Below, in pieces: positions 13,201 through 27,200 of a stretch of DNA of 64,000 bases. Origin of the DNA: Macrostomum hystrix (Eukaryota > Animalia > Platyhelminthes); contig CATNEN010000038.1 of NCBI GenBank assembly GCA_950097015.1, positions 6,696,001 to 6,760,000 on the forward strand, given 5' to 3'. The translations under genes were made by a program, and so were the position numbers. Each line of letters begins with the position of its first letter. Position 1 is the first letter of the stretch. The notes under the pieces are model-generated. The model had not been told where the DNA came from and ran no database searches. It saw nothing but the letters and a program-made list of their open reading frames with translations.

Positions 13201-13950
13201 CAGAATCTGCCTGACGAAATCTTCGAAGCTGCCGGCGGCGATGCGGTCGTAGCGCTGACGGCTGCGGCGGCTGGCCAGGGAGGCGCCGACTGCCCGAGCC
13301 AGGACCTGCGGCTGCGTCACCGCTTCAACGGCCGGAGCCAGGAGGCAGCGGGCCAGCATCTCGGTCAGCAGCAGGCGGATCGGAAGGCAGCGGCCGAGAC
13401 TGGAGGCGTCGGGCACGCAGTCCGACAGGCCGTCGATGAGGCGGGCGGCAACGGCCCGCAGTAGCTGGAGTTCTTTGCCATCGGCTACGAGAAACTCGGG
13501 CACCGGCATCGGGCATCGAGACTGGCGACAGAGGCGAAGATGACGAGCGTGCGCGGAGACCAGCGGCAGAAGCCGGCGATGGCAGAGTCGGTGCCAGTCG
13601 ACTGAGGTGGCCAGGCGAACAGCTACAGCCAGAAGGCTGCGGCGAATTAGGCGACGAATGCGCGGCGACAGACTGGGCGGACACCAGGCCTGTCCCGCCA
13701 GTTGGTTGTGAAACGCGAGCTCGGAGAATTCCACAAGGCAGGCTGCGATTCGCGAATCCAGCTGCTTTGCCAGGTCGTCGTCGACACCCGTCGCGTCGTC
13801 GGCGCTGCAGACTTCAACACCATTGCCGGGCGCAAAGCGTCTGCGACGACGTTCTCTGGCCAGCTGGTCGACGGTTGATAGAGAGGCCGCGGCGCGGACC
13901 AAAAGTGTCAGCGAGCAGCAGAGCAGAAACAGACAGATCGAGAGCAGCAT
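10210..13950 (-). CDS. SNX25: Sorting nexin-25-like (TM-PXA-RGS-PX-Nexin_C), about 1002 aa, 4 coding exons
   Basis: Exons 13950-12895, 12500-11505, 11366-10888, 10687-10210, GT-AG and phase-compatible. PXA (LLTEMLARCLLAP), SNX25-type EILHAT..RDLRRYLNQL..CQQRL, RGS (LLDYW..YRRYL..FWYCAFVIS), WAERLGRW, C-terminal LANKAILYSWL. An upstream exon is possible because an acceptor sits at 13986-13987. Confidence 0.85.
10715..10850. repeat. 12-bp repeat (GGGTGAGCAGAT)n in SNX25 intron 3
   Basis: Direct periodicity of 12. Confidence 0.9.
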
Positions 13951-14039
13951 GCGGCGCTGCAGCTGTTGCTGGGCAACGCTTCCTGCTGAAAGAAGAAAAT
14001 CCAGAAAAAACGACTCGATGTATCAAGTCCTAAATAACA

Positions 14040-14325
14040 AAAATCCCTATTGATCTAGTCCCAAATCACTGCACTCCCAATTGATCAAATCCCACATCAC
14101 TGAAATCCCAATTGATCTAATACTAAATTACTGAAATCCCAATTGATCTAATACTAAATTACTGAAATCCCAATTGATCTAATACTAAATTACTGAAATC
14201 CCAATTGATCTAATACTAAATTACTGAAATCCCAATTGATCTAATACTAAATTACTGAAATCCCAATTGATCTAATACTAAATTACTGAAATCCCAATTG
14301 ATCTAATCCAAAATCGCTGAAACTC
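14040..14325 (+). repeat. 31-bp satellite (TGAAATCCCAATTGATCTAATACTAAATTAC)n, left arm of an inverted pair
   Basis: Period 31; reverse complement matches the 14930-16650 array. Confidence 0.9.
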
Positions 14326-14424
14326 CTTTTTAAGTAGAATATCCCCAGACAGGTCTCAGTCTCACAAGAAGCTGCATGAACAGCTGTGCACATCTTTTAA
14401 AAAGACAGAGTAGAGTAGAAACTG

Positions 14425-14555
14425 CACGGCTGTTCAGTCCGTGGACTGGACAGTTATACGCGACCCACCTAAGTTTTTAACCTAGCTGATGCTTGTACAG
14501 ATTTTTCTCAGCGGCCATAATTGCTTTCATTAGGACTGAGATTCGAACTCACAAC
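14425..14555 (-). mobile_element. Diverged SINE family A fragment
   Basis: Minus strand has B-box-like GAGTTCGAATC and the family motif CAGTCCACGGACTGAACAGCCGT. Confidence 0.55.
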
Positions 14556-14929
14556 TACAGGGCCAGTGATATTCTACGGTTCTGGCCGAAGGTCTGAAGG
14601 CCGAAGCCAGTAAGCCTAAGGTATTTCAAATTGATTGCTGTTTCAGAAGATGCGCAACAAAACGCTCGTGTTGCTTGCTGTCGCAGCAAAAATGTCAATC
14701 CTAGCAGACAATCGCCCCGAATGGTATAAAATAGAAGGGAAAAGCGGCTTAACAGAGCTAATGTTAAAAGACCATTCAAAAAAACTGTCGAGAGTTTTTT
14801 GGCTATCGGAATTTGGTAAGCGCCACCTTGCGGCAAGAGACGCAAAATAGGTAAATCCGTGACCTAGGGTTCAATTAATTATGCTTCGTTTATTTGAGAT
14901 TAGATTAATCAGGATTTTTCTAATTTGGG

Positions 14930-16650
14930 ATAACATCGATGGAGATTTCAACGATTTGGGATTATATCAGTTGGGATTTCAGTGATTTGGGATTAGATCA
15001 GTTGGTATTTCAGTGATTTGGGATTAGATCAGTTGGTATTTCAGTGATTTGGGATCAGATCAGTTGGGATTTCAGTGATTTGGGATTATATCAGTTGGTA
15101 TTTCAGTGATTTGGGATTAGATCAGTTGAGATTTCAGTGATTTGGGATTAGATCTGTTGGTATTTCAGTGATTTGGGATTAGATCAGTTGGGATTTCAGT
15201 GATTTGGGATTATATCAGTTGGTATTTCAGTGATTTGGGATTAGATCAGTTGGTATTTCAGTGATTTGGGATTAGATCTGTTGGTATTTCAGTGATTTGG
15301 GATTAGATCAGTTGGGATTTCAGTGATTTGGGATTAGATCTGTTGGTATTTCAGGGATTTGGGATTAGATCAGTTGGGATTTCAGTGATTTGGGATTAGA
15401 TCAGTTGGGATTTCAGTGATTTGGGATTAGATCTGTTGGTATTTCAGTGATTTGGGATTAGATCAGTTGGGATTTCAGTGATTTGGGATTAGATCTGTTG
15501 GTATTTCAGTGATTTGGGATTAGATCAGTTGGGATTTCAGTGATTTGGGATTAGATCTGTTGAGATTTCAGTGATTTGGGATTAGATCTGTTGAGATTTC
15601 AGTGATTTTGGGATTAGATCAGTTGGTATTTCAGTGATTTTGGGATTAGATCTGTTGAGATTTCAGTGATTTGGGATTAGATCTGTTGAGATTTCAGTGA
15701 TTTTGGGATTAGATCTGTTGAGATTTCAGTGATTTGGGATTAGATCAGTTGGTATTTCAGTGATTTGGGATTAGATCAGTTGGGATTTCAGTGATTTGGG
15801 ATTAGATCTGTTGAGATTTCAGTGATTTGGGATTAGATCTGTTGAGATTTCAGTGATTTGGGATTAGATCAGTTGAGATTTCAGTGATTTGGGATTAGAT
15901 CAGTTGTTATTTCAGTGATTTGGGATTAGATCAGTTGTTATTTCAGTGATTTGGGATTAGATCAGTTGGTATTTCAGTGATTTGGGATTAGATCTGTTGA
16001 GATTTCAGTGATTTTGGGATTAGATCTGTTGAGATTTCAGTGATTTGGGATTAGATCAGTTGGTATTTCAGTGATTTGGGATTAGATCAGTTGGGATTTC
16101 AGTGATTTGGGATTAGATCTGTTGAGATTTCAGTGATTTGGGATTAGATCTGTTGAGATTTCAGTGATTTGGGATTAGATCTGTTGAGATTTCAGTGATT
16201 TGGGATTAGATCAGTTGTTATTTCAGTGATTTTGGATCAGATCAGTTGGGATTTTAGTTATCAATAGGGATTTTAGTGATTTTAGATTAGATCAGTTGGG
16301 ATTTCTGTGATTTAGGATCAGAAAAATTCGGATTTCAGTGATTTGGGATTAGATCAGTTGGTATTTCAGTGATTTGGGATTAGATCAGTTGGTATTTCAG
16401 TGATTTGGGATCAGATCAGTTGGGATTTCAGTGATTTGGGATCAGATCAGTTGGGATTTCAGTTATCAATAGGGATTTCAGTGATTTTAAATTAGATCAA
16501 TCGGGATTTTAGTGATTTGGATTAGAATAATCGGGATTTCAGTGATTTGGATTAGATCAATCGGGATTTTAGTGATTTGGATTAGAATAATCGGGATTTC
16601 AGTGATTTGGATTAGATCCATTGGGATTTCAGTGATTTTTGGGATATGAT
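14930..16650 (-). repeat. 31-bp satellite (GGGATTTCAGTGATTTGGGATTAGATCAGTT)n, right arm of an inverted pair
   Basis: Period 31, about 55 copies. Confidence 0.95.
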
Positions 16651-17209
16651 TTACGTGAACAAATTCAATACACGTAACTAAACTGTAAACATAAGTATTG
16701 AAAATGAGAAAAAGGCTTTCCATCACAGTGCATTCTTTATGGAGTTATTTAATTCACAGTGTATATAAATAGGGCCTCAGATATATTTGTATTATAATCA
16801 TAACTCAATAGCAATTAGAGGGATCAACAGAAAAAACATGCGCATTTATACTAGTCGCGTGACTGTTCTAAATAAGTAGTTTAGGAGGATATTGATCACG
16901 AAGCGATGAATCTGGCATACGAGCGTAAGTGGAAATTATTATTTGTAATATATATATATATAAACATGCTGTTTAATTACAAGGAATTTATAACAAGTAA
17001 GAATTTATGTTATAACTTTGCTAGTTTGTGCACAATCAAATGACATGTAACAATGCTAAGAAGCTAGAAATCAGATCGACAAACTGTCGTTGACATGCCC
17101 ATAATGTCGGTTATTAGCAGTCGGTCGGCCTAGTAGCCTTGCTTATAACATCTTAACATGACAGCGCGGTGAGACCATAAGACGAATAAAATTTGCTCGG
17201 TAAATAGAG

Positions 17210-17342
17210 AAACAGACAGACAGACAGACAGAGAGACAGACACCCAGGACAGACAGACAGACAGACAGACAGACACCCAGGACAGACAGACAGACAGACA
17301 GACAGACAGAAACCCAGGACAGACAGACAGACAGAAACCCAG

Positions 17343-17386
<44 letters not shown>

Positions 17387-17449
17387 CCCAGGACAGACAG
17401 ACAGACAGACAGACACCCAGGACAGACAGACAGACAGACAGACACCCAG

Positions 17450-17493
<44 letters not shown>

Positions 17494-17498
17494 CCCAG

Positions 17499-17546
<48 letters not shown>

Positions 17547-17609
17547 CCCAGGACAGACAGACAGACAGACAGACACCCAGGACAGACAGACAGACAGACA
17601 GACACCCAG

Positions 17610-17661
<52 letters not shown>

Positions 17662-17750
17662 CCCAGGACAGACAGACAGACAGACAGACACCCAGGACAG
17701 ACAGACAGACAGACAGACAGACACCCATGACAGACAGACAGACAGACACA
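17210..17750. repeat. (GACA)n microsatellite interrupted by CCCAG
   Basis: Seen directly. Confidence 0.95.
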
Positions 17751-17998
17751 ATGACAGGCCGATATAATAGTGGCAATGTCGGACTAGCACAAGGCAGTTG
17801 AATAAATAGTTAAACTCTATAGTTAATACGATGGAATAACAGTATTGCTCAACACACTAGTGCTCAACACAGTAGTGCTCAACACACTAGTGCTCAACAC
17901 AGTAGTGCTCAACACACTAGTGGACTTGACAGACGAATTCATGGCTTAAATATAGCTAGCAGCAAAATGTATTACCTATGCTTTAATTATGAAACAGT

Positions 17999-18248
17999 TC
18001 AGGTGTTAACCACCTGGACAAGGTAACGAGCGGCAGCCAGATTGGCGGCCTCATGTCTCACAAACACGGGATCTCCGGCTGAGCACAGTTGAGCAGTTCT
18101 CAGGGTGAGGGTCTGCAGGTCGTACACACCGGGTGAGGAGAAGGCGGCGCACAGCTGGACGCTGCGCCGGGAACCTGCAGGCAAGGTGAGCGTCTTGCCG
18201 CTGAATCCAACCCAGGAGTAGCCTGAAGACAGTTGGCGATGCTGCTGA

Positions 18249-18290
<42 letters not shown>

Positions 18291-21200
18291 GAAGAGCCCG
18301 CAGCCGGATGACTTTCTCGAGCGTCTAGTCGAACTAGAAGATCCGTCTGACAGTTGCTGCACAGGTGAACTGACACTGGCAACAAGCAGAGCCGCTTGGC
18401 TGAGAAGTTGTGCTTCACCTGCTCAAAAGTTAAGCAAAAGAGAAAAAATATTAAACTTTGATCTAAGAAACCTAAAACAATAATCCTCGATTTCAAGTTG
18501 TCTCTCCAATATCTTAAAAATCACAATGCAAGAACCCAAATCCGAATCCTGAAAAACTGTCAAAATCCTAGAAAAAAAGCACAATTCTATAATACGAATC
18601 AGAATCCCAGAACCCAAATCAAATCCCAGAACCCAAATCAAATCCCAAAACCCAAATCACAATCTCAGAACCCAAATCCCAATCCCAGAAGCCAATTCAC
18701 AATCCCAGAAGCCAATTCACAATCCCAGAAGCCAATTCACAATCCCAGAAGCCAATTAACAATCCCAGAAGCCAAATCACAATCCCAGAAGCCAAATCAC
18801 AATCCCAGAAGCCAATTCACAATCCCAGAAGCCAAATCACAACTCCACAAAAGTCAAGCAACTAACCGTAGCCTCATACTGCATGGCCATGCGAACCATT
18901 TTGCACTGCCTGACGAGCTGATCAACGCCTGGAGGCAGCGCCGTCGGCAGTCGTTGCGGCATCATCGCCGTCGAGTTTGAATCGTCGCCTGCCGACATTA
19001 GAATCGACGCCGGGGAGGCGTCTGATGAAACCGGAGCCGGACGGACGGGCAGCTGGAAGAAGCCGCGGTCCTTCCCGGAGGTAGCGGCAGTGCCAGCCAA
19101 CTGCCAGAAGACCAGAAGGGAGGCGGGCGCTTCATCCAAAGCTTCATCTACGGCTGCTGCCAGCATGTCAGCAACTGGACTGCCGCTTTCAGCCACCGCG
19201 GGCAGCCGGCGGCCGCCGGAGTTGAGCAGCACTCTAGACAGTAGGCGAGACTCGCCAGCAGCTGCCGATAAAGGCTCTGCAGCTTCAGCTAGGCCCAGGC
19301 AGAGACTGTAGGTCTCGCCTGGCTGTAGGCTGACACTGCTGCTGCTGCTGTTGCTGTCTATTGTCGAAGAGGTGTCTCCGATAGAAACTAGACGATATCG
19401 ACGGCTGATGCAGCTTACCTGATTAATATGTTAATTTGAGGATTTTAAGAACAGACAGCAAATATTGTGAGTTTTCGCAGATATGAAATGAGGATCAGGG
19501 AGATGGGGTTGATTTCATCAAAATGAGGATCAGGGAGATGGGGTGGATTTCCTCAAAATGTGGATCAGGGAGATAGGGTGGATTTCCTCAAAATGAGGAT
19601 CAGGGAGATGGGGTGGATTTCACCAAAATGAGGATCAGGGAGATGGGGTGGATTTCATCAAAATGTGGATCAGGGAGATTTGGTGGATTTCACCAAAATG
19701 AGGATCAGGGAGATGGGGTGGATTTCCTCAAAATGTGGATCAGGGAGATTTGGTGGATTTCACCAAAATGAGGATCAGGGAGATGGGGTGGATTTCATCA
19801 AAATGTGGATCAGGGAGATTTGGTGGATTTCATCAAAATGAGGATCAGGGAGATAGGATTTCCACAAAGTGAGGGTCATTGTTGTTAGGTTGGCCCCAAT
19901 TTGTTATTTGGTAGATTTGGTAATTTAAGTGCTACTTAGCAAACAAAAGTGAAAAACTCCCACTATGACGCCTCCATATTGGTTCCTAAGGCCGAGAAGC
20001 CCTACTTGCCTGAGTGACCAGAATTTCGCTGGCAGGCTGCGCCATCGGCTGTCTCGAGTTGGTCAAAGTTAAGCCCAGCAGCTGGCTGGCTGGCAGGGCG
20101 TGGCTGTGGGCAGCGTGGAGACAGCAGCTGGCTGTCAGTCCAGGCAGGACCTCCAGCGTGGCTGAATGACGGAGCACCCGGTGCTGCTGTTGTGCAACGG
20201 CCGGCTCAGTGCTTTCGTAGTAGAACAACATGGTCACCTGCACATAATTTTTTAAATAATGAGATGAACTCGAGATATGGTAGGGAGAAATAATTTCCTG
20301 GAAATAATTGAAACAAAGCAGACGACGCGGAGAATATTGATCAATCTATTGATCAACAGCCTAGCTTTCCCCCTTGTTCACACTGTGTTTCTAACTTTCT
20401 TAGATCAATAGTTTATCATTTTTTAATTATTGTTTCTGGTATCTAACCATAAAATGATCTTTCTCATTTGTCCAGTCTGTCTCACTGCAAACTCTTCAGT
20501 ACCGAATCTCTCACTCTCGCCATGAACAAGAATGAAATCTCCCTACAAACTATCCGTCTCCCTATCTCCTGTCGAACTGTCTCACTCTCCCACTCTCACT
20601 TTCTGGCTATCGCTCTCACTGTCTCACTGTCTCACCCTCCCACTCTCACTGTCTCACTCACCCACTCTAACTCTCCCTATCTCACCCCCTCTCCTCTTAC
20701 TGTCTCACCCTCCCTCTCTCACTGTCTCACCCTCCCACTCTCACTGTCTCACTCACCCACTCTAACTCTCCCTATCTCACCCCCTCTCCTCTTACTGTCT
20801 CACCCTCCCTCTCTCACTGTCTCACCCTCCCACTCTCACTGTCTCACTCACCCACTCTAACTCTCGCTCTCACTGTCTCACCCTCCCACTCTCACTGTCT
20901 CACCCTCCCACTCTCACTGTCTCATCCTCCCACTCTCACTCTCGCTCTCTCACTGTCTCACCCTCCCACTCTCACTGTCTCACCCTCCCACTCTCACTCA
21001 CCCTATCTCACTGTCTCACCCTCCCACTCTCACTCTCTCACTGTCTCACCCTCCCACTCTCACTGTCTCACTCACCCACTCTCACTCTCGCTCTCTCACT
21101 GTCTCACCCTCACACTCTCACTGTCTCACCCTCCCACTCTCACTCTCGCTCTCTCACTGTCTCACCCTCCCACTCTCACTGTCTCACTCACCCACTCTAA

Positions 21201-24200
21201 CTCTCGCTCTCTCACTGTCTCACCCTCACACTCTCACTGTCTCACCCTCCCACTCTCACTCTCGCTCTCTCACTGTCTCACCCTCCCACTCTCACTGTCT
21301 CACTCACCCACTCTAACTCTCGCTCTCTCACTGTCTCACCCTCACACTCTCACTGTCTCACCCTCCCACTCTCACTCTCTCACTGTCTCACCCTCCCACT
21401 CTCACTGTCTCACTCACCCACTCTAACTCTCGCTCTCTCAGTCTCACCCTCCCACTCTCAGTCTCATCCTCCCAATCACACTCTCGCTCTCTCACTGTCT
21501 CACCCTCCCACTCTCACTGTCTCACTCACCCACTCTAACTCTCCCTATCTCACCCCCTCTCCTCTTACTGTCTCACCCTCCCTCTCTCACTGTCTCTCGC
21601 TCGCCTTTATATATATCACACTCTCCCCCTCTAATTTCGCATTTAATGAGGGTACGGGCTCTAGAGGGAACTGTTTCCTCTCCTTGCTCTTACCTCTCCT
21701 CCATCATTAATTTTTGAGGCAGCAAAGTGTAAAAATAGAACGAAACTCGCAGAGGTTTGCGCAAAAAATGGCGACTTCCTACTCAATATCTATTATTCAT
21801 AAACAATAGGGGAGACTATTTCCCCCATTAGAAGTATGATTAGCTATTTTTTCTAAAACAGATACGAGCTAAATAGAATGTGAGCAGGCAGGTAGATGCT
21901 GAGGCATGCGATTGATAGAAATAGACAATGCTGATGATTATAGCGCAACAATACAGGGCTAACTATTAACAATGAGTTGGAATAGACTCGACGGAGCTCA
22001 AATTGGGAACTGCCATGAATTAGATTTGAAAGGCCAACCAGGCATAAACTGTGAATCTGAAAGTAGTTTCCCATATTCCTAGGTGAGTAAATAGGACACC
22101 TGAAAGGCACCAAAAGAGGAATAATAATAAAATTTGCAGGTGGTCTGTGGGCACTGGAACAGCATCCGGTTTCAGCAGACCAGCAACCAGCGAGAGGCAA
22201 CTCTGTTCATTCCGCTGACTCCTGAGCACACGCTCACACAGGTGTGTACATCTGCTCTAAACTTTTCATAGTCAATGCAGGCTCAGGAACCCCTTGTTGC
22301 AAGATGCAAACGCATTAGCCAATCACCCTACCTGCGCCTAAAGAATGAATCAAGCTCCTTTAACAATTAAACTATTCACAAGCTCCAGCTCGCGGCTCAC
22401 CTGCTGAGTGTTCGGCTCGGCGGCTGCCCGCAGCCAGCAGCTGACGGTGGCCGAATGTCCTGGCTGTAGCACTCCAGGCACCTGGCCCGGCACACTGAGC
22501 GGCACCGGCACAACCCGCGGCGTTGGGCGCATCTTGATAGAGTCCACCGCAGCGTCGCCGCCGTCCGGAGCCGAGGCCTCCTGGAACACGGCGCTATCCA
22601 ATAGATTGTCGGAGAATTCGTCAAAGCCGAAGGTGAAATTAGCCAACTGTCTGGATGCCAGGCGGAGTCCGGTTAGGGGCACCTGGCCGCAGTTGGTGAC
22701 CTTCATTGATAGGCGGCGCACCTGACCGGCTAGGAGGTAGGCCGGGAAGCCAGTGAAGCACAACTGCAGACTGGGCATCGGAGGTGTCACCTTGCATTGA
22801 AAATGGGGATTAGTTTGAATTTTCACATGCAAAAATGAGTACAAAGCATAGGAATTCCGATAGAAGGACATAACAGGAAAGCAGGCGGGTAATTTGGTGG
22901 TAGGAGATATGTTTTTGGTGGGTAGAAAAGTAAGTAGACAGTATACAGGAAAGTAGGCAAGTAAGTAGACAGGAAATTAGGCAAGTAAGTAGACAGGAAA
23001 GTAGGCAAGTAAGTAGACAGGAAAGTAGGCAAGTAAGTAGACAGGAAAGTAGGCAAGTAAGTAGACAGGAAAGTAGGCAAGTAAGTAGACAGGAAAGTAG
23101 GCAAGTAAGTAGACAGGAAAGTAGGCAAGTAAGTAGACAGGAAAGTAGGCAAGTAAGTAGACAGGAAAGTAGGCAAGTAAGTAGACAGGAAATTAGGCAA
23201 GTAAGTAGACAGGAAAGTAGGCAAGTAAGTAGACAGGAAAGTAGGCAAGTAAGTAGACAGGAAAGTAGGCAAAACTTGTAAGTAGACAGGAAAGTAGGCA
23301 AGTAAGTAGACAGGAAAGTAGGCAAGTAAGTAGACAGGAAAGAAGGCAAGTAAGTAGACAGGAAAGTAGGCAAAACTTGTAAGTAGACAGGAAAGTAGGC
23401 AAGTAAGTAGACAGGAAAGTAGGCAAGTAAGTAGACAGGAAATTAGGCAAGTAAGTTGACAGGAAAGTAGGCAAGTAAGTAGACAGGAAAGTAGGCAAGT
23501 AAGTAGACAGGAAAGTAGGTAAGTAAGTAGACAGGAAAGTAGGCAAGTAAGTAGACAGGAAAGTAGGCAAATAAGTAGACAGGAAAGTAGGCAAGTAAGT
23601 AGACAGGAAAGTAGGCAAGTAAGTAGACAGGAATGTAGGCAAGTAAGTAGACAGGAAAGTAGGCAAGTAAGCAGACAGGAAAGTAGGCAAGTAAGTAGAC
23701 AGGAAAGTAGGCAAGTAAGTAAATAGGAAAGTGGGCAAGTAAGTAGACAGGAAAGTAGGCAAGTAAGTAGACAGGAATGTAGGCAAGTAAGTAGACAGGA
23801 AAGTAGGCAAGTAAGCAGACAGGAAAGTAGGCAAGTAAGCAGACAGGAAAGTAGGCAAGTAAGTAAATAGGAAAGTAGGGAAGTAAGTAGACAGGGAAGT
23901 AGGCAAGTAAGTAGACAGGAAAGTAGGCAAGTAAGTAGACAGGAAAGTAGGCAAGTAAGCAGACAGGAAAGTAGGCAAGTAAGCAGACAGGAAAGTAGGC
24001 AAGTAAGTAGACAGAAAAGTAGGCAAGTAAGCAGACAGGAAAGTAGGCAAGTAAGTAGACAGGAAAGTAGGCAAGTAAGTAGACAGAAAAGTAGGCCGGT
24101 AAGTGGGCAGGTAAGTGGCTAGTCAAGTCTCACCTGCACCTCCAGCCGTCTATCCGGCGCGTACACCACCGACTGCCAGTCCTCGCGCCTGCGATTGAGC

Positions 24201-27200
24201 CTGGGCCCGGTAACTTCAAGTGGCACTTTACCGCGCACGCCCTGACTACCGGAGCTGGCAGGGCCGCCTAAGCCGGCATAATTGGATGCCTCCAATGGCG
24301 CCTGACAGCAGAGCGTGAAGGCCAAGCCGTTCACACGCAGTTTGCCCACCCGCTTAGGAATGAGGGCCAGCTCGGCGCATTTTCGTTCGCCGGGTAGCAA
24401 CGAGAGCTCGGCCAGCTGCTCGGTGGTGACTGCCTCCCTGATTTAAAAAAGAAAAAAAATAAATTATATATTTTTCCAAACATATCGGCTAGAATATGCA
24501 GGAGACAAACAGACAATGCTAGGACAAAATATTTAATGAAAGCGAAATCCTACTTTAATTCTAGGCAATTTGAAGCTCTTTTAATTAAGCTTTAAGCCCA
24601 GCAGATTTAGGACGCAATCAAAATAAAAAGCAAACTGTGACCGCAAAAATAAGATCTAGGCTCTTATCCTCTTGCTGGTGATGTCAATCCGAAAGACAAC
24701 CAACCTATCATTAATATTAGTCTGGAATTGGATAGACACAAAATCTGTCTACTTGATTAGTTTAGTCTATTTTTAGAAAACAATTAAAACCATATCCCAG
24801 CCACAGCCAGTATAATCTTGTTTTTTTGTTAAATGCAAGCCATTGTGCGGGGCGATAAAAGCTGTAGAACGAATAAATAGCTGACAAATAAATTTGCTCA
24901 ATACTAAAGCCAGATATAATCAACTCTTAGTTAACAGGTTAACATTGTATTCTTGCACTGAAGCGAGAATAACAACAGAAATATCGTGTATGTAAAATTC
25001 AAAAGAAAATCAGCTAAAAACAAATCTTTACATTAACTACTTAAAGTAGCCAGTTGGTTTACGTATCTCTAAATCGATTCAGCTAGACTAAATTTTACTT
25101 CTATGCAATTTTAAAAAAATTAAACAGATTCACCACTACATGCCAAATCAATCGATGACTAGAGCCAATAAATGAAGGAATGATCAAGGAAATTCCTATC
25201 AGATACTATGAATCAACTATGAAGGGATTACCTATCTGATATAAATAGAATCAATCAAGGGATTCGCCATCAGACACAGCCAATTAATCAAGGGATTCTC
25301 TATTAGATATGCTAATTATGGGATTCCCTATCAGAAATAATAATCAAGATATGATCCTTATCAGATATGATAAACAAATGATTTTTCATTAGATGTGATG
25401 TTCAATGGATTTCTTATTAGATATGATAATCAAAGGGTTTCCCCATCACAAATGATAATTAAGGGATTCCCCCCATTATAAAACATAATAAAGGGAATTC
25501 CCTATCTGATATGATGATAAAGGGATTTCCCATCAGATATGATAATCAGGGGATTCCCTATTAAAAATAATAATCTAGAGATTCCCCTTTAGACATGATA
25601 ATCAAGGGATTTCCAATTTTCCTATTTCCAATCACCTGGCAAAGTGCATCTGGCTGGCTTCCACCTCGTTGGTGATTAGCGGCCCTGCGGCAGCAGTGGA
25701 AGCTGATGACTCGAGAGTATTGGCTGACAGTTCCACGCCGACATCTAGAGGTCTCAGACTCCACAGCAGGCAGACGTCACGCATGATCAGAGGAATCTGA
25801 GCAGGGTTGCGCAATGGTATCTGATAGGTCAGGGGTTCGCCAGCCACGGCCAGGGGACAGTTTTCGTTGGGCGTGTCGCAGGACAGGCAGGGCAGGGCCG
25901 GCCGGAAGGTCGGCGGAACGGACCGGCCGGTGGCAGCTTCCAGCAGGGCGCGCTCCAGCTCGGCCCAGTCCGGGTGGCAGAGGTCGGCGTCTAGAAAGTG
26001 CACGCCTCGGGCTGGCACGGTCAGGTCGTCCAACTGGCTTGAGGGCCGGCTGAGCAGTAGTTTGAGATCCTGCTCAAGCACCTGCGGAGTCCAGTTTTCG
26101 ATTGCGATTTCTCACTGTTATTGTTCTTTTAGAAAATTCATCGCCACCGTCTGGCTGTGCGTGGGCCTTATGACACAGATGCTGCTGCAGTGGCTGCGCA
26201 TCAGGTACCACTGCTCAGGGATAGTCTGCCTCCCGGTCTCTCCTCCTCTCACTTTTTCCCTGTATCTATTCCACGTTCGTTATCTCTCTTCCCCTTCCCT
26301 TCTCTCTTCCCATTCCTCTTTCACTCTTCCCCTTCTGTTATCTCTCTTCTTCTGTTATCTCTCTTCCACTTCTGTTATCTCTCTTCTTCTGTTATCTCTC
26401 TTCCACTTCTGTTATCTTTCTTCCCTCTTCTGTTCTCTTTCTTCCCCTTCTGTTATCTCTCTTCTTCTGTTATCTCTCTTCTTCTGTTATCTCTCTTCCC
26501 CTCCCTCTTTCACTCTTCCCCTTCTGTTATCTCTCTTCCCATTCTGTTATCTCTCTTCCCATTCTGTTATCTTTCTTCCCCTTCTGTTATCTCTCTTCTT
26601 CTGTTATCTCTCTTCCACTTCTGTTATCTCTCTTCTTCTGTTATCTCTCTTCCACTTCTGTTATCTTTCTTCCCTCTTCTGTTCTCTTTCTTCCCCTTCT
26701 GTTATCTCTCTTCTTCTGTTATCTCTCTTCTTCTGTTATCTCTCTTCTTCTGTTATCTCTCTTCCCCTCCCTCTTTCACTCTTCCCCTTCTGTTATCTCT
26801 CTTCCCATTCTGTTATCTCTCTTCCCATTCTGTTATCTTTCTTCCCCTTCTGTTATCTCTCTTCTTCTGTTATCTCTCTTCCACTTCTGTTATCTCTCTT
26901 CTTCTGTTATCTCTCTTCCACTTCTGTTATCTTTCTTCCCTCTTCTGTTCTCTTTCTTCCCCTTCTGTTATCTCTCTTCTTCTGTTATCTCTCTTCCCCT
27001 CCCTCTTTCACTCTTCCCCTTCTGTTATCTCTCTTCCCATTCTGTTATCTCTCTTCCCATTCTGTTATCTTTCTTCCCCTTCTGTTATCTCTCTTCTTCT
27101 GTTATCTCTCTTCCACTTCTGTTATCTCTCTTCTTCTGTTATCTCTCTTCCACTTCTGTTATCTTTCTTCCCTCTTCTGTTCTCTTTCTTCCCCTTCTGT

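Noticed and set aside
11546-13464. Plus-strand ORFs overlapping SNX25 and other GC-rich exons
   Set aside because: Antisense shadows of GC-rich coding sequence with no recognisable domains.
14555-14845. Hydrophobic minus-strand ORF as the first SNX25 coding exon
   Set aside because: Non-ATG start and no phase-compatible donor found; unresolved.
14930-16650. CRISPR-like arrays
   Set aside because: Head-to-tail repeats with no unique spacers, eukaryotic context, no cas genes.
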